From a virus (lineage: Duplodnaviria; Heunggongvirae; Uroviricota; Caudoviricetes), in the IMG/VR virus record IMGVR_UViG_3300009500_000011, positions 1-40,584 of that record: a stretch of 40,584 nt of DNA, one strand, 5' to 3'. Below, piece by piece: positions 1 to 9,400 of this stretch. How positions within the stretch are numbered: the stretch's first letter is position 1; the number at the start of each line of letters is the position of its first letter. The position numbers and the translations under genes are program-made. Below the pieces are notes generated by a model that was not told the DNA's origin, made no database searches, and was given only the letters and a program-made list of their open reading frames with translations.

Positions 1-1161
1 ACGCCATATGGTAGTGGTGGTGTACAAAGAGATAATGAATACCAACCTGCAATGATGCCAATGACTTTAAATGTTCATGACTCTGCTAATTCAGAAGCAG
101 ACAAAGATAAACCAAACACTTCAGATTCCAATGAATTTTCTGATTTCCCTTTTGGTGAAGGTGCAGTTGATGATAACCATGCAAATGTAGTTGTTTCTGC
201 ATCTTTCAATGGTCTTTCTCCTGATGATTCTGTTGCTGGTGGAGGAGCAAACTTTACACACCATGCTCCAGATTCACCTGAAATTTTGCATGGTGGCCAT
301 CCTATTGAAGAGTTAGAAAACAATCAACAAGGTATTAATTACGTTTCAAATACCGATGCTCCTCATGTATCCGGTCCCGCAAAAGATATGATATTAGATG
401 ACCCTGAAATTGTTGGTAAAAACCAATATCAAAATATTCCAGAAATAAATAAGGGCCGAGATTATTCGTATGCTCGACTAATAACAACTTTAAATCCTTT
501 TGCTCGTACTGCAAGTGATGTGGATGGTTGGGATACTGGTTCAAACGTTGATGATATTGAATATCCTGATGAAGTCGGGCGTAAGCATGACAGAGCAACT
601 CATGATTTTGGTACAGGCGACCAATCTAGTGATAATACTCGTATGGATGCAAACCCTATGCAAGGTTATAGTGGAACTGAAGAAGAGTCTAAACTTTATA
701 GTGGTATTGTAAGTTCAAACAGTATGGGTGACGCTTTTTTAAATGATTACTTAAAAAAAGTTTTTGCAAAAACTGGTAAAATGCCATGCGGAAAATGTGG
801 TAAAACTGATTACAACGATATTCGTGGACGTTGCTGTGATAAATGTGCTTTTCCTAAACAAGCAGATTATGGTCCAGTAGTTCCAAATGTTAATCCAAAT
901 AGTGGAAATGATGATGAAAATGACGTTTATCCAGGAGTTATTTTACCTCAACCTGCCGCGATGACAGATGGTAAAATTCAAGATACAAGCATTCCTGAAA
1001 AAGACCCAAATTGGGTTCAACAAAAAGGTTTACCAAAATATAAAAAAGTACAAGATGATTTTGATGGTAAAGATAATTACTTTCAATACATTAATACAGG
1101 CGGTGGTTTCGGCGGCGAAGGCGGCGGAGATTTCAGCGGTGTTGTACCCTCTGGGAGTTAA
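1..1161 (+). CDS. Acidic, low-complexity protein with a CxxC...CxxC Zn-ribbon; probable internal head protein (5'-truncated)
   Basis: Frame 1 is open from base 1 (TPYGSGGVQRDNEYQPAMM...), so the real start probably lies upstream of the window. D/N/G/P-rich, with CGKC...CCDKC; sits 10 nt before the portal gene. Confidence 0.6.
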   Translation, partial: TPYGSGGVQRDNEYQPAMMPMTLNVHDSANSEADKDKPNTSDSNEFSDFPFGEGAVDDNHANVVVSASFNGLSPDDSVAGGGANFTHHAPDSPEILHGGHPIEELENNQQGINYVSNTDAPHVSGPAKDMILDDPEIVGKNQYQNIPEINKGRDYSYARLITTLNPFARTASDVDGWDTGSNVDDIEYPDEVGRKHDRATHDFGTGDQSSDNTRMDANPMQGYSGTEEESKLYSGIVSSNSMGDAFLNDYLKKVFAKTGKMPCGKCGKTDYNDIRGRCCDKCAFPKQADYGPVVPNVNPNSGNDDENDVYPGVILPQPAAMTDGKIQDTSIPEKDPNWVQQKGLPKYKKVQDDFDGKDNYFQYINTGGGFGGEGGGDFSGVVPSGS

Positions 1162-1171
1162 TTAATTTAAT

Positions 1172-2962
1172 ATGGCAAGAAAAAAGACGAGTGAATCAAA
1201 ATTAGTTGATTTAAAACCAATTACGGGTGGCGATGGATTAGTTCGCATGGAAACTTATATTGGTCCAGAATTAATGAAAACTATAAAAAATGGTTCTTCA
1301 AAAATTAATGGGATGCGAAAAATGGCAAGTGGTCTTTCAATTGCACCACCTACATATTACAATCCATTATATACTCCAACATCTTTACAACTTCCTCGCG
1401 ATAGAAAACAAGTTAATGTTTGGGTAAGACATTTTTATGAAACAGAAGCAATACCTGCTGCTGTTATTGATTTATATGCTTCTTTACCAATTACTGATTG
1501 GAGTGTGGAGTGTTCTAATCCTCATTACAGAAAATATTGTGAAGATATGTTGAAGAGGATTAAAATTCGTGAATTGCTTCAAGGTATTTCACTAGAATAT
1601 TGGAAAATTGGCGACGTTTTTATTATGGGTGAACTTGATGAAGAAAAATCAGATTGGAAACGATTTGTAATTCTTAATCCTGATTACTTAGAAGTTAAAG
1701 CCAATATGTTACTTGCTGAATCATATTATGAAATGATTCCAGATGATAACTTAAAACGATTAGTTTTTGACCAAGAACCTCGTCAACAATACAATGAATT
1801 AAAGATGTATGCTCCAGATGTAATTATGGCTGTTAGAGCAGGTAAAAATATACCTATTGATAATGCTCATATAACACATTTAAAACACACTCCAACTCCC
1901 TATGGTACATATGGTATACCTTTGTTGAAACGTGTTTTTAAAACACTTATGTACAAAGAAATGATTCGTCGCGCTCAGTTTACAATTGCTGAACGTTATG
2001 TTATGCCATTAAAGATATTTAAACTTGGCACTATTGATGAACTTCCAGACCAAGCTGCTATTGATGATATGCAAATGCAATTGACAGCATTAATTAATGA
2101 CCCGTCAATGATTCTTGTTACTCACCAAAGATTTCAAGCAGATTGGCAAGGTATTGCAGGTAAAACACTTCAATTAAATGGTGAATATGATTTTATCGAA
2201 CGTGAAATTATTTCCGGTTTGGGTGTATCTCGCGCATTTCTTGATGGATTAGGGCCAACTTATGCAAATGCATCTATTGGTGGTAACGCATTCTTACAAA
2301 AACTTGAAAATTTTAGAACTTCATTAAAAGAATTTATTGAAGAAAAGATTTTTAAACCTCTTGCAGAATTAAATGGGTGGTACGACAAAGACCCAGACAC
2401 AGATGTTGAATTTTTAGTTGTTCCAGAATTTAAATGGGATGCTTTACGTTTACAAGATGAACTTTCTCGTCAACAAACCCTTTTACAATTACGCCAAATG
2501 AATCTTGTTTCAGCAAAAACAATGTTAGATGCATTACATATCAATTCTGAAACAGAAGCATTGAATCTTCAAGAAGAAAGAGATACAATCTTTGATTCAA
2601 GTAGAATTATGGCTAGACAAATGGCAATCCAAATGTCATTAACATCACAAATGCAAGCTCAACAAATGGCATTGCAAATGAAAATGACAGGACAAAATAT
2701 GCCAATGAATGTTGAAGCTCAACCAATGACCGTTCCAGGCGTTGATGCGGCGGCACCACAAGGTGATTTACTTCAAGGATTGCCACAATCTGGCACTTCT
2801 GGAGGTATAGACACTATCCCATCTGGCGCAGGTTTTGCTCCCGCACAAAGAGCAACAACAAGACCGCCAATTGCAGCATCGCTTCAATCTAATGTTGGAT
2901 TAAAAAAAGAAATAGCAAAAATTAAACAACAAATAGAGGCTTTAATTGCAGATGAAGAGTAA
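1172..2962 (+). CDS. Portal protein
   Basis: 596 aa at the head of the module. Portal-like motifs: LEYWKIGDVF, FVILNPDYLEV, ITHLKH..TPYGTYGIPLL, PLKIFKLG, IISGLGVS.AFLDG.GPTYANA, FIEEKIFKPLA. M/Q/P-rich C-terminal tail. Confidence 0.9.
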   Translation: MARKKTSESKLVDLKPITGGDGLVRMETYIGPELMKTIKNGSSKINGMRKMASGLSIAPPTYYNPLYTPTSLQLPRDRKQVNVWVRHFYETEAIPAAVIDLYASLPITDWSVECSNPHYRKYCEDMLKRIKIRELLQGISLEYWKIGDVFIMGELDEEKSDWKRFVILNPDYLEVKANMLLAESYYEMIPDDNLKRLVFDQEPRQQYNELKMYAPDVIMAVRAGKNIPIDNAHITHLKHTPTPYGTYGIPLLKRVFKTLMYKEMIRRAQFTIAERYVMPLKIFKLGTIDELPDQAAIDDMQMQLTALINDPSMILVTHQRFQADWQGIAGKTLQLNGEYDFIEREIISGLGVSRAFLDGLGPTYANASIGGNAFLQKLENFRTSLKEFIEEKIFKPLAELNGWYDKDPDTDVEFLVVPEFKWDALRLQDELSRQQTLLQLRQMNLVSAKTMLDALHINSETEALNLQEERDTIFDSSRIMARQMAIQMSLTSQMQAQQMALQMKMTGQNMPMNVEAQPMTVPGVDAAAPQGDLLQGLPQSGTSGGIDTIPSGAGFAPAQRATTRPPIAASLQSNVGLKKEIAKIKQQIEALIADEE

Positions 2963-3932
2963 GATAGAAAAAAAAGCAGAACTAATTGGTCTTCTTGAAA
3001 AATTAAAGGCTTTAGAAATAAGAGCTAATCATTCAATTGATAAATTTAATGATGTTGTTTATGCTGACCTTGCTCCAATAGTTTTAAAAAAGCAAACTAA
3101 AGTACAAAATCAACAATCATGGATTGATAAAATTAATAATGCTAAAATTATTCGAAGTGCCAAAAGGCTTCAAATTGGTTTAGATAGAGAACTTACTGAT
3201 AATTTGGTTGAAATTTCTAATAATTTTGTTCAAGGAATTAACCAAATTAATCCCTCTTCAAAACTTACTCCTAAAATTGCTTCTCTTCAAAAAGTAATAA
3301 ATAAAACTGCTGACGAACAATTTAATTTTTTAGATAAACTATATGAAGAATATCTTCCATTAATATTTGCTCAAGGTAGATTTCATCAAACACTTTTCAA
3401 TGGTAATTCCGCCATAGAATCTAGATTTACAGTAAATACTCCAGAAATTCAAAATTTATACTTCGATTTCTATAAACAATCTCGAAACGAATTTAATATT
3501 GGTTTTGGAAAAGTTATTTCATCTTTAAATACAGATATAAAAAAATTAGTTAATCAAAATATAAAGAGAGCAGATTTAAATGAATTTATAACATTAAAAT
3601 CTGATTCATTTACTAATGATTTAAAAACAGTTGCGAGAAATCATATTAGAAATGCTTATTTAGCAGGTAATATAGCGCAATTAATGCATGATAAAGTTAA
3701 AGAAGTTGTTTGGCAAACAGGTCAACATCACGATGATTGCGGATATTGTCGTGCAATTCAAGTTGGTGATATGGTTTTAATGGATGAAAACAATAATATT
3801 TTGCCAAACCGAAATGATTTTTTGAATTTTATTTGTTATTATGATTTTCAAAGCGTAGCAGATGTTTTGACAAGACAAGGTTTTGATTATTTTAACCATG
3901 TTGGATGTAGATGCTCTTTTGTACCACATTAA
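2952..3932 (+). CDS. MuF/SPP1 gp7-like head morphogenesis (minor head) protein
   Basis: Follows and overlaps the portal gene. C-terminal W...DDCGYC...HVGCRC matches the MuF CxxC...HxxCRC signature. ATG at 2952 is preferred over TTG at 2946. Confidence 0.75.
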   Translation: MKSKIEKKAELIGLLEKLKALEIRANHSIDKFNDVVYADLAPIVLKKQTKVQNQQSWIDKINNAKIIRSAKRLQIGLDRELTDNLVEISNNFVQGINQINPSSKLTPKIASLQKVINKTADEQFNFLDKLYEEYLPLIFAQGRFHQTLFNGNSAIESRFTVNTPEIQNLYFDFYKQSRNEFNIGFGKVISSLNTDIKKLVNQNIKRADLNEFITLKSDSFTNDLKTVARNHIRNAYLAGNIAQLMHDKVKEVVWQTGQHHDDCGYCRAIQVGDMVLMDENNNILPNRNDFLNFICYYDFQSVADVLTRQGFDYFNHVGCRCSFVPH

Positions 3933-3956
3933 AAAAAGCCCTCTTTCGAGGGCTTT
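3931..3956 (-). terminator. Intrinsic terminator for the antisense Rad52-like gene (possibly bidirectional)
   Basis: Minus strand reads AAAGCCCTC-GAAA-GAGGGCTTTTTTT: a perfect 9-bp stem, GAAA tetraloop and U-tract between convergent genes. Confidence 0.9.
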
Positions 3957-3959
3957 GAT

Positions 3960-4481
3960 TTATGCTATATTTTTTTCTAAAGTTGATATTACTTCTTCGG
4001 CTTGAGCATAATTCATGCCTGATATCATTTCTTCTATTTTTTCAGTTGTTGCATTTGCGTCAACTTTTTTAACTAAGGTTAAAATTTTTGCTCGCTGTTC
4101 GTCATTCACGGGAGTATCTTCTTCATCTTGAAGGTCAATCCCAATTAATGATGCTGCCTTTTTCAAAGCCAACGAAGCACTTTTTTTAAGTGAATCTCCT
4201 AAACCAACTGAATCTTCATATTTAGTTCCACCAAAATGTTCTTTGAATCCAAAAGAACCATCCCCTAAAGGATAAACGAGTCTTCCTAAAACTGCAACAT
4301 GGTCTTTTTCAATGTATGTTCCTTTGATTTCAAAACTCCAATTAAGTCCAAAAACGTCTGTTAATCTATCAGAAACATATCTTGTTGGAATATATGTATA
4401 AACTGCGCCTTTACGGCCTTCACGTACTTTTGTTGGTAATGGTTTTTTTAATAATTTTAATACTTCTGTTTGGTCTAGCAT
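3960..4481 (-). CDS. Rad52/Rad22-family (Sak-like) single-strand annealing protein
   Basis: Motifs R.G..G..YTYIP.RYV.DRL.DVFG.NWSFEI, V.GRL, KE.FGG, K.A...ALKKAAS.IGI. Likely start is ATG at 4481 (MLDQTEV), preceded by AGAGGT, giving 173 aa instead of the 214-aa track ORF. Confidence 0.85.
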   Translation of the reverse strand: MLDQTEVLKLLKKPLPTKVREGRKGAVYTYIPTRYVSDRLTDVFGLNWSFEIKGTYIEKDHVAVLGRLVYPLGDGSFGFKEHFGGTKYEDSVGLGDSLKKSASLALKKAASLIGIDLQDEEDTPVNDEQRAKILTLVKKVDANATTEKIEEMISGMNYAQAEEVISTLEKNIA

Positions 4482-4636
4482 AGCGTACCTCTTTATGGAT
4501 GCCAGAGTTGTTATAGTTATATTATATGTCAAAGCATATTCGTGGTTGCAAAAATATGGTAATTGCATAATCTTTTCATGTGAGCTAACTTGGCGATTGC
4601 ACAAGTTTGGCTATTGTTTTTAAAGGATAATTGATT

Positions 4637-5185
4637 ATGCCGGATGATAATGCATTATTACAGCAATTAATTCGTGATTTAGCAATCAAGGTAGATAGTT
4701 TACCAACTAGGCATGAAATAGATGCTTTAAATAATACAGTAGCTAATCTTAAAAGTGAATTTAACCGATTTGTTTTAAGTTCAGAATTTAATACTTATCG
4801 TGAATATGCTGCTCAAAGACTTGAATCAACATCTTTAAATATTCAAGAAAAAATTAATAGCGTTGTTCCTAGACAAGAATTAGAAACCAAATGGGAAACT
4901 TTTGAAGAACGTTTTGCTGCTATTGAACAAAATTTAGAAAAATACGATAAGGAAAATGAAGTTCGTGATGAAGATATTGAAGAATTTAAAAGACACCGTA
5001 CTCCAGAATGGATACGTAACGCTGTTGCCTCTGTTCTCGCAGCAGTTGTATCTTCTATCGCTACTACTGTAATTTCTCATGCAATTTATACAGCAAATCC
5101 ATCCATTCCGATTAATACTACTACAACTACAATAAGTTCGCCAGCAGATGGACCTCAAAGTATTTCTAATCCTCTAAAAAGGTAA
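4637..5185 (+). CDS. Coiled-coil protein with one C-terminal transmembrane-like helix
   Basis: Heptad-rich helical body, then WIRNAVASVLAAVVSSIATTVISHAIY and a T/S/P tail. AAGGA lies upstream. Confidence 0.6.
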   Translation: MPDDNALLQQLIRDLAIKVDSLPTRHEIDALNNTVANLKSEFNRFVLSSEFNTYREYAAQRLESTSLNIQEKINSVVPRQELETKWETFEERFAAIEQNLEKYDKENEVRDEDIEEFKRHRTPEWIRNAVASVLAAVVSSIATTVISHAIYTANPSIPINTTTTTISSPADGPQSISNPLKR

Positions 5186-5189
5186 ATAA

Positions 5190-5972
5190 ATGATTTATAA
5201 GATTGCAAATGCTCCAATTTTAGAAGCAAATTTGGACAAAACATCTTCATGGCGTACTGCAAATGTAGCACCATCTTATGGAATTGCTGAAGATGGCGAT
5301 TGGTCTTTTGAAAAACAAGACGGGATGCTTTACGTTGCTGTAAGAGCAGTTTCTGTCGGAACTAATGGAAATGGTGACCATTTTACTGAAGAAGAATTAA
5401 AAAAGGCCTATAAAACATTTATTGGAAAAGGCGTTTTTGTTAATCATGCTTCAAATGATATTGAAAAAAAACGTGGTAAAATTGTTGATGCACGTTGGGT
5501 TGAATCTCGCGGAGATAAATATGTAGTTACATTATTAGAAATGAATGAAAAAGCATATCCAGATTTCTGCCAAATGATTCGTTCAAAACAAATTGATAGT
5601 GTAAGTATGGGTTGTCAAGTTGCTTTTTCAGAATGCAGTATTTGTCATCATAAAGCAAAAACAACAGCAAATTATTGTTTTCATGTTAAAATGCATAAAG
5701 GCGGAGCATATGATGGTAAGCCTGTTTATGAAATCAATAAAGATGTTGAATTTATTGAAGTTTCCTGGGTTACCGTTGGAGCAGACCCACAAGCAAAATT
5801 AATTGAAATTATTGCTAGACAAAAAGGATTAGATTTTCAACAATTACTTCAAAAAGCTGCATCTGGTAATCAATTTTTTGAAGCTATCGAAAGTAGTGTT
5901 GAAAAAGTTGGTATTGAAACAACAATTCTTCAAGGTATTCGTTATGCTCGTCAACAAAGAGAGATTAAATAG
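5190..5972 (+). CDS. Prohead maturation protease (HK97/assemblin-like fold) with Cys/His-rich insert
   Basis: N.NGD.F..EEL, F.GK.VFVNH (catalytic His candidate), G.IVDA, SVSMGC (catalytic Ser candidate), EVSWVTVGADPQA. Insert CSICHH...YCFH. Located between portal and scaffold/capsid. Confidence 0.85.
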   Translation: MIYKIANAPILEANLDKTSSWRTANVAPSYGIAEDGDWSFEKQDGMLYVAVRAVSVGTNGNGDHFTEEELKKAYKTFIGKGVFVNHASNDIEKKRGKIVDARWVESRGDKYVVTLLEMNEKAYPDFCQMIRSKQIDSVSMGCQVAFSECSICHHKAKTTANYCFHVKMHKGGAYDGKPVYEINKDVEFIEVSWVTVGADPQAKLIEIIARQKGLDFQQLLQKAASGNQFFEAIESSVEKVGIETTILQGIRYARQQREIK

Positions 5973-5974
5973 AT

Positions 5975-6496
5975 ATGGATGAAATTTTAACGAGTGGACG
6001 TTTTACTGCTCAATATATTAATGAACCATCAGAATGGCGCATATTTAGCCAAGCAAGTTCGGTCCCTGAAGCAATTATTAAACCTGAAACATGGGCAACA
6101 GAAGATGTTTCTTTTCGTTCAAAAGAAGCCGGATTATTACTTTTGGCAACGATAAATGAATTACAACTTGGCGAAGAACCCGATGTTGAAGCATCTATGG
6201 TAAAGAATGACCAAGGTATTACAAAAGATGTTCCAACAACTGAACTTCCTGAAACAATTATTGAAGAATTTACTGATAACGAAGATGATGATGATTTAAC
6301 TTCTTCATTAGTTGAATTAATGCATCATATTTTAGATAAAATTGAAGAAGATAATGGTCAAGATGAAGAAAATTATGAAATGCTTGACGATTGCAAAGCT
6401 TTATTGGCAGAACAACTACTTAAAAAAGCAGAAAAAACCGAAGATAAAAAAATACTAGCAGAACTAATTAGTCAAATTGAAGTATTAGGATGCTAA
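5975..6496 (+). CDS. Acidic hypothetical protein (head module)
   Basis: 173 aa, D/E-rich, 2-3 nt gaps to both neighbours. Confidence 0.6.
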   Translation: MDEILTSGRFTAQYINEPSEWRIFSQASSVPEAIIKPETWATEDVSFRSKEAGLLLLATINELQLGEEPDVEASMVKNDQGITKDVPTTELPETIIEEFTDNEDDDDLTSSLVELMHHILDKIEEDNGQDEENYEMLDDCKALLAEQLLKKAEKTEDKKILAELISQIEVLGC

Positions 6497-6499
6497 AAT

Positions 6500-9400
6500 A
6501 TGGATGAATTAAATCAAGATATTAAAGTTCCACATGGCAAATGGCATGATAATGCATATACCAAAGATAATAAAGTTTCTTTAATGCCGCTTGATTTTCT
6601 TCATTCTATTCCAGGAAATAAAATTGGTAAAACAGATATTAATGAATTAAAAAAAGATATTTCTTCAAACGGATTAAATGAACCATTAATTTTGTCATTT
6701 GACCCAGAACAAAATCTTGTAAATTTAGGAGAAGGCAATCATAGAACAAAAGCTTTAAGTGAAATGGGTTATACTCATGCTCCTGTTCGTGGTTTACGTA
6801 CTTGGGTTGATAATAGTCCTTCACCACATCAAAAAAATATTTCACATGATTTTGGACCTTATAAAAATCAAGATGGTTATATTATGGGAGATATTAGCCC
6901 GGCTAAAGTAGGTTTGCCGGGTCATCACTATGAAGTTTCAAAAGAAAATGTTGGAGAAAAACAAGCATCAATCATGGAACCAGAAAAATATCAAAAAGCC
7001 AAAGATAAAGAGTGGGTTAAAGAACATCCAGGTCGTCCTACTGCTAGACATACAAAATTAGTTAGTCTGCCTGTTTCTTATTTGATAAAATTACCAGGAC
7101 TTCGTGGTGAGCATAAAGTTTTAAAATTAGACATGGATAAAATCCAAGGCATGTCTAAAATTGTAAGTGATACTAAGTGGCAAAGAGAAAATCCTGTCAC
7201 TTTAGGTATTCAACATGATGGCAAGATTTATGTTGATGACGGAAATCACAGAATTCGTGCTGCAAAAGTTGCAGGCGTTAAAGAACTTTTATGTAAAATC
7301 ATATATTATGGTGGCGGCGAAGATAAATTTGATATTGATAAAATTCTTTCAAAAGCTTCTTTGAATGATTTAATGAATACTTTTGTGCAACTTCAAAGTA
7401 GCGGAGTACCTTGGGGAGATTTAGCACAACAAATGATTACTCCTCAAACTAAACCAGCTATTGATTCAGTAGTAAATAAAGTTAAATCCACATTACCAAA
7501 AGTTACTCCCAAAAATAATCCTGAAAAAATTGAACAAAATGCTGCTAAAAAACAAGTTAAATGTTTTGGAGAAGGCTGTTCCTCACCTGCTGATGGTGGC
7601 TTATTTTGTGCTAAATGTCGCTCAATTCCTAAAGAAGAACGTCAAGTAAAAGGGCCTAGAGAATCAAAAGATTTATATATGCCTGAAAAACATGACCAAT
7701 GGTGGAATGAAGCTAGAAGAACAAATAAACCAAAAGTAACTAAAGTATTTAATAAAATAATTACAAAATTAACTGTTGAAGGTTTATTATCTAATAATGA
7801 TGCTTCAATTTTAAAAAAATTGTTTATAGTTGCTGATGACCAAGGTATTTCTGGTGCTACTGATGTTGATGGCGAAGCAGTTGATGGTGAATATGCCGAT
7901 ATGCATGACACAGGTATTGATTATGGTGGTGAACACGACCCTAATAAAGATGATTCGCCTATGTTGGGTCAAGCATCTATGATTGACCCAACCAAGATGT
8001 TTCCTCAAGAGCCAATTTTACCAATTAAAAAGCCTACCATAAAAGTTACTAAGCCAAGTGAAATAACAAATGATAGTCCAAATAATGATGATAAAGGTCA
8101 AAATTTTGACCATTATGCTTCTGCTTTAGAATTATATAGTTTAGCGACTTCTCTAAAAGAAATTAGAGAAATGGTTAATGGAAACAAACCAAAACCTCAA
8201 GAAGTTCCATTAGGGAAACCAGGACCTCTAACTCCATATGGTTGGATTGACCCTAAAGGTAATTTTTTTAGTGTTCCTGGTTATGCTCATCATGAGGATT
8301 ATGAAAATCATTTAAGAGATATTGGTAAAGATAAAGAAGCAGATAACTTACCAAGTTCCCATGTACATGTGTCTCCTGGTGATATGAGATTGCCTTCTAA
8401 TGGTATAACAGAACATCAAGTTGGAAAATTAATGGATTATCATGATTTACTTGATTCTGGAAAATTTGATAAACACCCACATGCAACAATTAATTTAGGT
8501 AAAGGCAAAACATATCAAGATACTGGCCCACTACAAAAACTACATGTAAAAGAAACATTGGATAAAGCAATGGGACAATTAAATAATCAAGAAAATAACT
8601 ATTCTGTTTATGCAGGTCTTAAAGATGTAATTCTAAAAATTGCAAAAAATCTTGAAGACGAAGGTATTAATGTTGAATCAGTTTTAAATAAAATTGCATT
8701 AGTAAATCCAGGTGGTGTTAATTTCAACGTTTCTGGAACTAATCCTGAATTACCATCTGGTCGTCGCCCTGAAACATACCAAAAATTACAAAAGAATCCT
8801 GCTCGTACAAAATATGATAAAAAGCATGGACCTGCTATTTCTTCAAACGAAATCAATCAACGCAGAATAGATGATGGGATGGAACCAAGAGGTCCAATGC
8901 AAAATTTGCCACCTGCTCCACCTGAAAAAATTCTTAAAGAATATCCACGTTATCAAGGACCTTCTGAGCAACGTAAAAAAGACAATAAATTTGTTTCATA
9001 TGATAATTCGCCTTTAACAAATGAATCTTTGGAAAAATTATATCCAAGTTTATTTGAAGGTGGTGGCAAACATGATGACCCTAATCAAGGTAGCATGTTT
9101 AATAATTTTCTTGATAGAGTACATCAATATTTTAATAATGCTCCAGGAAAACATGATATTCAAAATAAGCCTGCTTTATCAGACCGTTTAAATAACGTTA
9201 AAAAATGGGTCGGCGATAAAGTCAAATCTTTCACTAATAAACCTACTCCAAAACCACAATCTTCAACATATGGTTTAAGTGGTAAAGATATTATCCAAGA
9301 TAATCCTATTATGGCAGCATTGAATGAATTTAATATTATTGTTACTGCTGGCCAATATCTTGCGGATGATGGTTATGATGTTTCAGATATTATTACTTCT

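Noticed and set aside
1-1161. Terminase large subunit upstream of the portal
   Set aside because: The ORF is low-complexity with no Walker or RNase H-like motifs; terminase must lie outside the window.
4521-4532. TTGACA and TATAAT on the minus strand as a consensus sigma70 promoter
   Set aside because: The two hexamers are directly adjacent, not 16-18 bp apart; only the -10-like element is plausible.
4482-4604. 41-aa N-terminal extension of the Rad52-like ORF; likewise the extensions at 16027, 32602 and 38668
   Set aside because: Downstream ATGs have better RBS or spacing; the extensions overlap regulatory DNA or other genes.
6500-7360. ParABS partition system
   Set aside because: No ParA, no HTH after the ParB-like domains, and no parS-like repeats noticed.
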